From Podarcis filfolensis (lineage: Eukaryota), in assembly GCA_964270895.1 (NCBI GenBank), contig OZ185450.1: DNA of 64,000 nt. The stretch is one strand, 5' to 3'. Of this stretch, positions 52,754-64,000 are shown piece by piece (within the stretch, counting starts at the first letter, position 1; each line of letters opens with the position of its first letter). Made by a program: the position numbers and the translations under genes. The notes beneath the pieces are model-generated. The model had not been told where the DNA came from and ran no database searches. It saw only the letters and a program-made list of their open reading frames with translations.

Positions 52754-54409
52754 TTCAAACCTAATCTCTCTGAACTTCTGTTTTCACCAAAGTTTGGATT
52801 ATAACCGGGTGCGTGCCATTTTGGTAGCAGTGGTTATAGATATATGAGGCAGCCTCAAGATGAGTCAGACCATCCCTTCATCAAGCCCAGTACTGTCCGT
52901 TTTGATTAGCAACAGCTCTTCAAGGTCCAAGGACAAAGAGGGAGCTTCACAACCCAGCAACCTGAAATGTCTTCAACTGGAGATGCCAAGAGTTGAACAT
53001 CAGGCATTTCACATCCAAAGCATCCATTCTGACAATGAAGCTGCTTCAAGTTCTGTGAGATCATCATCCTAACTAGCCCAGGGGTTGTCTGATCTGCTTG
53101 GCCTCAGCTCTCCAAGGACTCAGGCAGGAAGAAGGCTTTTCCAGACCTGTCACCTACCCTTCACAGGAGGCTGAACCTGGATAGATCGCACAGATAGCAT
53201 GTGCTTTGCTACTGTTACAGCCCATTGAATTATTTCCCCTCCTTCTCCTTCTAGTGGCTTGTAAAGAGCTGACCCTCTGGTCATATGTAGCATATACAGA
53301 ATAACTTGCAGCTGACTACGCAGGGAAGCCCTGGTAAAGTGGAAGTGAATGACACTCCCACAAGACCATCAATGTATGTGACAAATAACTAAATGAGGTC
53401 TGGGAAGATGAGCCAGTAATTTTTGTGAAGTCATAGACCATTCTGACATTGCCCCCCCCCCTGCAGAACTGACTCCTTGTCACCTGTTCAACTGTAGTTT
53501 CCTCTTTTCCTGTTATTCCTGTTATTTTCCTGTTATTATGCAGTGTATTGGGAGTTTGGGGGCTTCAAATTCTGCATAGCTCCAAACGGCAGAGCAGCAA
53601 AAGACGAAGACCAAGACAAGACATTTGAAAACCAAAAGCAGAATCTGGGTTTCCTACCTCATGGTACACCCAGGATAGGTTTTGATTTTTTTGCCAGTAA
53701 AAACCACCTTCTCCCTCTGTTCCTTTCATCAACAATTTTGCAAAATGACCACATGATGAGAGACAAATCGATGTCCTCTTCCAGTGCCCTGTGAAATACC
53801 AGCAAGCACTTTGAACATACCAGGGAGAAAGGAGGGAGGTGGGGGAAGGAAGCCTAATGAAGTTAGACAGCTGCTAGCAAACTTCCTACACACCAGACCT
53901 CTGAATTCTGGGCATGCTGGGTTATTTTATCAGATGGCAAGCAACCAGCAGCAAAGTCGGCTCTTTTGTGTAGGAATGAACAGCTTGGAAAGTAGCAGAT
54001 CTGCACTGGTTCCACTTTGGAGGCTAGGAGGTGAACAGCTAAATTCAAGAGACCTTGATGACAAAGGCAGATCTGAAGTAAACATAGCAGAATGCTAATG
54101 GCATTCAGCAATTAAGATTTGAATTAGAATTAGCAAGCTCAGTCAGTTTAAATGCCCATGGAGGGGGTCTCTGGACTATCCATTCTGCCAGTATTTTACT
54201 ATGTTAGAAAGTCGGGCATGATCTGGAAGGCATGGGTTCAAGTCCCACCTCTTGATTAACTGCACAGCCTGCAACGATACCACACACCTTCACTTTCCCA
54301 GCTGCAGAAATAGAAGATATGTCCTAGCTTTGTTTTGACACGTTGCATTTTGGAAAAACTCTTTACCGGTGACGGACAGGGACCCAAGTGGGAGGAGTAC
54401 TCTCCTGCT

Positions 54410-54490
54410 TGCAGACTTCCCATCAGAGCATCTGGTTGGCCACTATGAGAACAGGATGCTGGACTGGATGGAATCTTCTTCTGTTCTTTT
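54410..54490 (+). mobile_element. L2-type 3' tail fragment
   Basis: cttcccatcagagcatctggttggccactatgagaacaggatgctggactggatgg. Confidence 0.65.
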
Positions 54491-55530
54491 AACTGACATA
54501 TCTTGTTGAGATTTGGAAAGGTAAAATGAGATCAGAAAGGCAAAGTTTGTCACCTCTGAAATTGCTCTTTTGGAGCTAATGAAAATCTGAATTTCTCCTG
54601 CCCCCCTCCCCCAGTTGTTTGTTCTTTGTCCTATTCCTTCCACTTTATCTGTGCCTTTCTGAAGAAGTGCCAATTTAAAAGAGAGACAAGGAATGAGAAT
54701 TGTGGATTTTGTCTTTTTTGTTGTTACTGCAGACTAATGTGGCTACTCTTTAGGAATTTGTCTCTATGCAAGACTAAATAAATAAAGCCACTAAGTTGTC
54801 AGGACTCCAGTGCAAGATACAGATTCCTTTTATTTATTTATCTGGAAATGGAAGAGAGCTAAAAACAAAAAACAACCTTTAAAAAATTCACTAATTTGCT
54901 GAGTGAAGAGAATTTTGCAAGACCAGAAACGAACTGGACCTGACTCAAAACAAAACTGACTCTGTGCATTATCTTTTTGAAGAATGTGTCTTTGGCACTC
55001 TGGAAGTCTGAACTGAAGACTCAATTTCCTGTTCTCATCAAGGCAACCGGATAAACGCTCTACAGGCAAAGATCTGCTTGTGCGAAAAAGTGCCTTTATA
55101 GACACAAGAAACAGGCAGAGTTCATTATTTGGGACACGGAGTTAAGTAATTGCAAAAACCAATTCAGCAAGAGACTATTATCAGCTGAGGCTCAAAGGAG
55201 AAGGAGAGGGAGAGGGGCTGCTGCTGGCTGAGAACCATTTCCAACTGTAGGAGTGCTGGAGCTGCGCTGCCCAGAGTGCAACAGATGTTGCACTTTCAGT
55301 CCTCAGTTGACACCCCTCTTTTCTTATCCTAATAGGCAGAAAATGGCTGACGAAAACAGCGCATAAAACCATAAGGCAGTATTATAGTAGCCTGCAGGGC
55401 TGGATTAAGATATGAGGATACCCTAAACTATTTCAGTTTTAAGAGGGCCCCATAATGCTACCAGAAAGATGTGCATTGAAGTATTATTTTTAAACTAATT
55501 ATGTAAAACTTGAAATTTACTGATTTTAAA

Positions 55531-55531
<1 letters not shown>

Positions 55532-55592
<61 letters not shown>
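55532..55592. repeat. (GTT)n microsatellite
   Basis: Seen directly. Confidence 0.95.
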
Positions 55593-55595
<3 letters not shown>

Positions 55596-55694
55596 CCCAC
55601 CCTTCCCCCAGACCAGAACTCAAAGCAACTTAATCCAAGGCCCTAACCTATAGTTTTGCTGGGCATGTGTGCAATGAGATCTCTAGGTATTCTC

Positions 55695-55831
55695 CACTCC
55701 AGTACTGTCTATTCAGACTGGCAGCAGCCCTCCAGGGTCTCCAGGTTTTTTTGGGGGGGTATCCTGCAAGGACTAAAACTGGGGTCTTTCATATCCAAAG
55801 CCTTTGCTCTATCACTTAGCTGCAGCCCCTT
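55695..55831 (-). mobile_element. tRNA-Ala-like SINE, degenerate
   Basis: cagtactgtctattcagactggcagcagccctccagggtctccagg...ctctatcacttagctgcagcccct. Confidence 0.6.
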
Positions 55832-57309
55832 GTAGGAAACCCCACAAGGACACCTACAGCCACCCACTAAGAGTTAATATCAAACACATACCCTCCAACT
55901 GCTTCTAACCAAAATCCCCCCACCATGTTGCCACCCCCCCATTCAGCCCCCCCCCCCCGACCTCCTCCGGCTGCTCTCTTTCTCCACCTCCTCTGCCGCA
56001 ATGAGGCTGCCACTGCCACTATGAGCCTAGTGTCGCAGCCAGGCCCACCAAGGCTGCTAACATAGTTATGGAAGCCGGCACGGCACCAGAAGTGTACTGC
56101 TGGAATTGCGGCTCGGCTTCCTGGAGCACGTCAGCGCAGGCCCCCATGGAGGCCTTGCAGAAGCAGCTGAGGAGGAAGGAGGAAATCACAGATTGACATA
56201 AGAAACCAGGGCAGCTACTGTCAATCAGTGATCAGTCCAATCAGTCCAATTGGTGGGTGTGCAAATATGCAATGAAGTGGTGCCATAGCCCAAACCAAAA
56301 TGCCTACTCTTTTGAGCCTTTTTGTCAAGCATTTCCCAAACTCCTGTAGTGTCCTGGGCTCTTTTTAGAGAAGAGAAAGCCCAGAAAAAAGTCGTGGGGG
56401 GGTCCCTTTTGCCCATCTTCCCGTCCACCCCTAAGTCATTTTTTGTTTGCTTGGAACAGCTGAATGTTTTTTGGATTAATAAATATTTTATTGCAGAATG
56501 CTGATCAAGGAATCATATGAACAAGTCACCCCTTTTCCTCAATATGTCTCCTTTTTTCTAGTTCATTTCATTCTTCCACAAAAGGGCTCATCGTGGGTGG
56601 TGCAACTGACAAACAAGGCTACAAATAATATCAATTATAGCCCAGCCTATGTTTAAGGGGAAAGGATGGGGTAAAAAAAAAAATTATTGCACTATCATAT
56701 GTTGCAAGAATAGATCCAGGATCATACAACTTGTTGAAACAGTGACTGAATTCTGCAATGGGTAGAGGCTTCCATGCCTATCCATACAGATCACCTTCTG
56801 CAACACATCCCTTCCCAGCTCAGTGAGATAATCAGTGAGCCTTGTTCCACGCACCCTTGCTTCTACTGTAGTCTGGACTAGAGGTGGAAGAGGAATTATT
56901 TCAGTCCATTTTTTTGCAGCAGACCAACATGTTCCAACACTCCTATACCTGCTTGCAACTTCCAGTCAAATTGTGCACTTATTTGGATTTTGCAACGCAG
57001 TTTAAGGCACAAAGGGTACATATCAAAGTAACGTTTTACGTTAAAAAAAAATACGTGAGAAAAGCATAGTTTAAATATGCATTGGAAAGCATGGAGAAAG
57101 TGTGTGGTTTATGTAAAATGTGCCACAAAGTGAGTAAAAAATGTGTGCATATATATATATCCTTTTTAAAAAAATCTGCAATGAAATTGTTGGATCACTT
57201 ATATAGTTTGTATTTGTAGAGCTTATTTTCAAACGTGTTGGATTTTAAAAGTTGATTGTTCAGCACTTTTGTTGCAGGATGGTTTTTTTTCTATATGCTT
57301 TTCATGGTA

Positions 57310-57490
57310 CAGTGGTACCTCAGGTTACAAACTCCGCTAACCCAGATGTAGTACCTCAGGTTGAGAACTTTGCCCCAGGATGAGAATGGAAATCACATGG
57401 CGGCAATGGGAGGCTCCATTAGTGAAAGTGCACCTCAGGTTAAGAATAGACCTCCAGAACGAATTCAGTTCGTAATCCGAGGTACCATTG
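57310..57490. mobile_element. Tc1/mariner-type MITE, family B, inverted relative to 41931-42172
   Basis: TA|cagtggtacctcaggtta ... tccgaggtaccattg|TA; the interior is the reverse complement of the 41931 copy. Confidence 0.88.
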
Positions 57491-59346
57491 TATTGAACTT
57501 AGAACAATTTTTACTTTTTTGATATTCTGAATATAACTGCAAAAGTAGTAAAATCCTGTTAAATTATTAGAAAGTCTTTAAAAAAGAAAAGAAACCAAGC
57601 TGATATTATATTTGTTCTTCTATTGCACAAATTATGGCAAGAATTTGAATAAACAGTTCTAAAATAGGATCCATCCACAAGATAATTTGGGGTCCTGTTT
57701 TAACTTTTCATAGCCTAGCACACTTTCAATGTAAACTGTTCTGTGAAGGGCTGAGAAGCAGAATTATAAATGGACCTCACTTTAAAGAGATATTCCATTA
57801 AATTCACTTAGTGTATGTATGTTCAAAGCACAATTCAAAGTCGTTGCCTCCCGCTTATGCCACACTTATATGGAACAATGATCAAACTCATTAAAACATG
57901 AAAGTAGCCAAGGTGGAGCCACCCGAATCAAAAAACATGAGCCAAGTTAAGTAACATGAATAGCTGTGAAGATTTACAAAGACCAACAGCTTTCATGGTT
58001 CCATTGCATAACTTTTAGAGTGTGGATTTAGGCATTTATTTAACTTGGTGTGTGGGTGTCCAACACAGCAACCACCGACACCAGGGCATCCACCAATGCT
58101 TTCTATGGTGCCCGCACAAGGTCTGCAGAATTACCTGCGAAAATGACCCATCCCTGCCTATCTTTCCTGGACATCTCATCGTCTGAACATGTCTACTTTC
58201 GCCCATTCAGTTTTGATTGGATGCCAGACTCTTCTGCCTTTGACTCCTCCCTTCGGAGGTAGAACTTGTTATTGGGGTGTGTGGGGGTGGGCACTGAAGA
58301 CAGCTGGCCATTTGCCACTTACTTGGCATGACCACCTGGTGCTTGTGGTGCTGGCAAGCAGAGACCACAACTCTGTCCATGGACTGCACTGTAAAAATTA
58401 AGAGCCCCAGCACTTTTCAATGCCCCCCCCCCGGCACAAAAGCATAGATCCAATACAGCACCGACAAACACCAGATAAGAATGCACATGGGGAGTCATGA
58501 AATGTGAAATATTGTCCCAAACACATAATTGCAGTAAATGCTTTAGATTTGTTTTTTAAAACAACCTTTGTTTTAAAAGAACATTTCCTGAAAGCCCTGG
58601 AAATAAGCGGTTCATGTGTGCTAAATGTTTAGGAACTGGAAGTGGTCTAGGTTGGCACATTCCAATAAAGGAGTCTGCTTTATTCCAAAGTCCCACTCTC
58701 TCCCCACAAGAGGTTCACAACTCCTGATCTTCCACTTTTATTATTATTTATTTATTTATTGCCCTCCAGACACATCTCAAGGTGATGTGCAAAATGCAAT
58801 AAAAAAAATAGCTTAGAAACTGTTAAACACATCGCAGAAAACGACAACGGATAAATTTCTAAAGGAATGGAAAATAGACACCCATGCGCCAGCACTTTAT
58901 GCATCTATTCTGTCAGTTAAAGCTTTCTTTTCCAAACTGTTGAGACACAGAAACCCAGGAAGAGCACCAAGGGCAATGCTAGCAGTAACCTACTTGAGAA
59001 TGCCTAAGTTATGCAAACTGAAACTGAATTTGCAGGGCTGTGTGGTGCAGGGCTCATAAGGGCTGTGGCTTTTCTCCAGAGTCATGCCGGCCAGTACAAT
59101 GGTTTGTCTTCAACCCATTTCAGTGGAATAAATTAAGCAACCGGTAAGATGGGAAGCTTCTTGTTGCAGGACTTTCTGACCTCAGAACCCTTGAACATGG
59201 GTTGGGCTCCATTTGAAAACCTCCCTCCCCAGGACCACAAAATACAAGGAGGTTTCTGACACTCCTTGTGCTGCATTGCCTCTGCATCTTCCAGTCAAAT
59301 TGGCGAACCATTTCTGAAGGCTTGGAAAAGCAATCTGAAATGAAAC

Positions 59347-59348
<2 letters not shown>

Positions 59349-59392
<44 letters not shown>
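59349..59392. repeat. (GT)n microsatellite
   Basis: Seen directly. Confidence 0.95.
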
Positions 59393-59397
<5 letters not shown>

Positions 59398-59792
59398 TGG
59401 TGGGCTGCTTTTTTGGGGGGGGAGGCAAAGGTCTGCTAAGTCTAAGCACACCCATGTGAATGCCTGTTGGGGATCTTTTCCTCCCAGCCATATGTTCTAA
59501 ACACAATGCACTGTTCTTAAGTTTCAGTAGAACGTTTTAGCTCAATGCAGCCGTGGTGCCTTTGCTGCACCTTAAACTAAAATGTGTTTTTTTTTTTAGA
59601 AAGCAAGACTGTGCTTCCGCACTGATTTATCTTCTGGCAATTCAGGCCCCCTCCCCGCTCCCCACAAGCAAAGACACTTCCTTTACTCTTCCCTGCCTTT
59701 CGCTGTGGCTTGATTCAAGACTGCTCTGCATGGAAGGGAAAAAGCTCTGAAAGCCAGCTCTTAGGCAGACTGTACACACACGGCAATTTGTT

Positions 59793-60004
59793 NNNNNNNN
59801 NNNNNNNNNNNNNNNNNNNNNNNNNNNNNNNNNNNNNNNNNNNNNNNNNNNNNNNNNNNNNNNNNNNNNNNNNNNNNNNNNNNNNNNNNNNNNNNNNNNN
59901 NNNNNNNNNNNNNNNNNNNNNNNNNNNNNNNNNNNNNNNNNNNNNNNNNNNNNNNNNNNNNNNNNNNNNNNNNNNNNNNNNNNNNNNNNNNNNNNNNNNN
60001 NNNN
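59793..60004. other. Assembly gap (212 N)
   Basis: Run of N. Confidence 1.
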
Positions 60005-60623
60005 AATAGCATTACCCTGTGTACTGACAGCCACCCCAACCAACGCTGCAATTTCTCAAGACTCCCCCCTCCCCACGCAACTTTCATATAACTAAAATCC
60101 ATTATTTTCTTTACAAAACTACTGCAGGGGGGAAGGGAAGGAAAAATAATGCTCGGGCTAAAAGCACTTTAAATATTTATAACATATTTGCAATTTCATT
60201 GTACCTCAACAACTCAACATTTTACCACGCTCGGTGCTGAGTAAATGTATTTTAAAAATAAGAACAAAATCCAGCACACTTTATGTCAAAGTCTTCCATC
60301 AGCCGATGAACACCAGTGTCATAATACATCATTTATAACATGCAAGAACACAGATCTCTGCTTACTTAACTGGTGCTAAATGGGGGTAGTTCTTGTAAAC
60401 TGAGCAATCGGCCTGACCTGCCGTCTTGGGGGCTTCCAGCCAGCTCATATACCTGCTGGTCACAGAGAAAGGAGTGGTCACTCAGCCTCCTCCTTTCTTT
60501 TCAGAGATGCTCCTGCAACACAGCTGGAGGGGAGGAAGATGAGAGGACCCAGTGGTGGAGTCTTCCTTTCAAACACATGAGTAAAAAAAAGCTGCCTATA
60601 TTTAACCCAGCCTTTACAGGGTA

Positions 60624-60867
60624 CAGTGGTACCTCGGGATGCGAACAGGATCCGTCTCAGAGCCCCATTCACATCCTGAATGGAACGTAAGATGTGACGG
60701 CGTGTCTGCGCGTGCGTGGGTTGCATTTTGCCGCTTCCGCACATGCGCGTGACGTCATTTTGAGCGCCTGCATATGCGCGAGCGGTGAAACCCGGAAGTA
60801 ACACGCTCTTGCGGAGCGCAACCCGAAAGCGCACAACCTGAAGCACATTCAACCCGAGGTATGACTG
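60624..60867. mobile_element. Tc1/mariner-type MITE, related to family A
   Basis: TA|cagtggtacctcgggatgcgaac ... aacccgaggtatgactg|TA; shares gaaacccggaagtaac and cacaacctgaagc with the 39107 copy. Confidence 0.88.
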
Positions 60868-62866
60868 TATTTATGCAGTTGGGGTTTGTCCCATCAAAAG
60901 GTTGTCCCAAAGGTTTGGGGTGAGGGTTAGGGTTAGGGTTAGAGTTAATAGAAATGGCATAAGGCTGCTGGTAGATTGATGCCAACTAACATATATGTCT
61001 CTTCCAATTCAGGGGACAGAGCAACAATGGGCACAGCCTCACCCTTTGCTCTATGCCTCACTGGGGCTGAAACAGGAAATTTAGAATAAAGGCCATCCAT
61101 ACGGCCCTACAGGTATAAGACAATCTTCGTCCTGAAATGGAGTAGGTGAATAAATAAAGAGTAACAAGAATGTACAGAGCGTTTGGAGGATTTTCAAATC
61201 ATCACGACCGCTATCTCAATACAAAGCCCACCCCCCAGGCCTCAAATAAACTAGAGATCAATGTTATTCTTGATGGAAGCAAGATTTGAAGGTGGCAAAG
61301 CACATCTCACCATGAAGGATTGTGAGAAGCTCTGATGAGGGTGCCGTGGGGGGAGGTCCACAACAGAGAAGGGAGCACTTGGTATCCTGGCTTTCTGAAC
61401 GTGATACAAATATATAATTAAGGGGGCATGTGGTAGAGAGCATTTTCTGGGGTCCTTGACTCAAAAGCTGCCATCAGAACCTAACTAATGAGTAAGACGG
61501 CTGAGTCTCCAGAGTAAGAGAAATCCACAAGTTAGGTGTTACCACTAAAAAGGCACAATCTCACCAAGTCATTCACCACATCTCAAACAGATGGGGGGGG
61601 GGGGTCAGTGGCTAGGCTCATAAACAGGACTCACAAGCTCATGCATGTTCTTAATAGATTAAAACACTACTTCCCTTTGCATTTTGCTGCTATAGACTAA
61701 CTGAGCTACTCCTACAGTCTTGCAGATAATACTTTCCTTTGGGGGGGGGGGGTCCTGTATCATTTGGCTGCCTTTACGTTTACCAGCATGAGGTCTTTTA
61801 AGATCATCACTATGAAGCCCCCCTCGCCTCAAATTTCCATCATATCCCTTTAATCACAGAAACAGAAGTGAATTTAAATTATTACAAAGGAGAAGTGAGA
61901 AATTAATCTTCCCCTGTGGAGATTAAGAAACCATAACTTCTAATGCTAGAATTACGGAAGAATTTATACATCTCCTCTCCCCCACCCCCCACCCCACCCC
62001 CGGGGTTGGAGCACACATTCCAAGCGGCTTTCCACATTTCAATTAATGCATCAGTAATCATTGTTTTGATTATGAATGCACTTCCTTCCACCCATAACAG
62101 CGCTCTTAAAGACCCCATGCTGGAACATTTCAAAAGGAAGAGAAAATATTCTTAAGGAAAAGATAATGGACAGAGCGCATGGGGCATGAGAAAGGCAGCA
62201 TGCCTCATGCACTACAGCTATAGCCATGTTGCCCAACTTATTGAAAGTGAACCTTTAGACATGCAGTAACCTCATTTATTCACTGGTTGAACCAAATTTG
62301 CATCAACTCCCATAAAAACCTGAATCTAGATCAGGGTCCGAAAAGGGATGAGAGCTGAAAAATTACGAACTTTCTACAAAGGATGATCAAAAAGGAGCAG
62401 GGGAATTATCGGAACATCTGACAAATTCAACCTCTATTCATGTAATAATGCACTTTACAAAAGTAACATTCAAAGGCTTCGGTGGTTCTTTCTTCCCACA
62501 CATTCCAGCACCTCAGGGAGTCTTGGGTGCTTTGAGGTGTGGGCAAGATGCAGGCTTCTGCTCTAATTGTTTTAGGGAGCTGTCTTCACTAACTCTCCTG
62601 CCCCCACAAGAGCTGCTTTGATTTATCACTCTCAATGAATTGTGTCCACGGGTAGGAACTCTACCACAGAGGGAAAACCAGCTCTGTTCCTGTTGTGATC
62701 TCCCACCAGCACCGGTCCAATGAGGCTGAAAACCACTTGGCCTTCTGGAGTTTGGCTGAACATGGACAAAAGCCATAGGGAGTCCTGAAGGTGACATGAG
62801 AGAGCCATCATGTTCAGGGGTGGAAGTGCTCCATCTTGCTACCATCTCTAACTAAATCAGTTTGGA

Positions 62867-62867
<1 letters not shown>

Positions 62868-62918
<51 letters not shown>
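62868..62918. repeat. (TAT)n microsatellite
   Basis: Seen directly. Confidence 0.95.
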
Positions 62919-64000
62919 GGTGAGATGAATCACCACAATCTATACAATCTAGTTTATCACCCTAAAGGCTCTCTCAAATGCGATCAGCGGTGTAACAGAC
63001 ACAAAAGGCCCTATTCTCTGCACATCTTTCCTCAACGCTCTCCTGTCCCCACAGCCAAGCAACAAACTCCTCCTCTTCGAACATAGAGCTGCTCTTCTCT
63101 TCTTTCTAGAATGATTCCCAATTGGGGGTCGACACTAGAACCACAGCACAGAGCCAACATAGAGTCACAGCAACCCAAAAATTATACTCAAAACAAATCA
63201 TGCACCTGGAGATGCTCAAACCAACTGCAACCGAGGTTGCAGGATACAGGAATAAATGAACCTGCATTTGTGCCATAGCTCCCCCAATCTTGGGGCAAGA
63301 TTACCTGCCATTTTAAAAATGCAATTCTGAAACCTCAGAAGCTAGAAACTTGTCAGCTAAAAAAATAAATAAAATATTGATTCACAGGAACCCAAAACTC
63401 GCCTGACTGGAGTGTTTCAGAAATGTATGTACATGAATTAGGAAAGACAACAACAAAATCCTCTGCCATATAACATACAGGCATGGTGGGGGGCAGGAAT
63501 GAAGAAACTTCTTAAGTGTCAATCTGGCTCCTTTTTCTAGTACTCACTGAGGCCTGCTGCTGTTCCTGAAGGAGCTACCATGGTTTTGATACCATCATTC
63601 CAAGCAAACAGATTACGGGTTAGAGAGCATTCCCCTGAAAGCTGGGAAGAAAATTAAATCTGTATTCTGTGGGAAAACTGGGATTCTGCTACCGGTAACT
63701 GCTTTATAATCTCTTTGAACGCTGCCAATCTGGTTCCTTATCACACGTTCTTCTGTCTGCACCTTTTGCTACAGGCACAGGGGAGATGAATAATGGTATT
63801 AAAAAACAGCCTGCCATTGGCCAAGAACTATGTGATAGTTGTCAAGGTATACAAAGCCAACACAACAGCTATCACAAAAGAATCAGTTGCCCAAAGTCGG
63901 CCTTGCACAACCCTTACCACCCATCAGCTTTCTGATGAGAAATGGAACAAACGAGTTGGTGTTCACCTATTTGTTCAGCTTTTCTTCAGAAGCACCCAGC

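Noticed and set aside
58125-58150. Recursive splice site (ttttcgcag|gtaatt, minus strand) in the long intron
   Set aside because: The pyrimidine tract is too short; similar matches occur by chance.
59642-60102. ORFs spanning X residues
   Set aside because: Artefacts of the N gap.

Overview
Eukaryotic genomic DNA, most likely from a squamate (probably a lacertid lizard, judged from two Sauria SINEs and the L2/MITE content). The window lies entirely inside the CUX1 gene on the minus strand. Six internal coding exons are found with canonical AG/GT sites: 32960-33007, 25654-25732, 12334-12471, 9431-9554, 8198-8274 and 7033-7099. They join into one 533-nt open frame encoding the N-terminal coiled coil shared by CDP/Cux p200 and CASP (human exons 3-8, numbering from memory). 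Exons 2 and 9 were not found. The rest is intron containing LINE fragments (L1, Rex1, L2), tRNA- and CORE-type SINEs, Tc1/mariner- and hAT-type MITEs, microsatellites, one 212-N gap and several repeat-poor, CpG- or motif-rich blocks that may be enhancers. I found no convincing new biological system. The best observations are a Rex1 fragment nested in-frame inside an L1, an inverted MITE pair enclosing a 50-bp perfect palindrome, a perfect 87-bp duplication inside nested repeats, and candidate regulatory or autoregulatory elements of CUX1. Repeat family names come from pattern recognition, not a database search.
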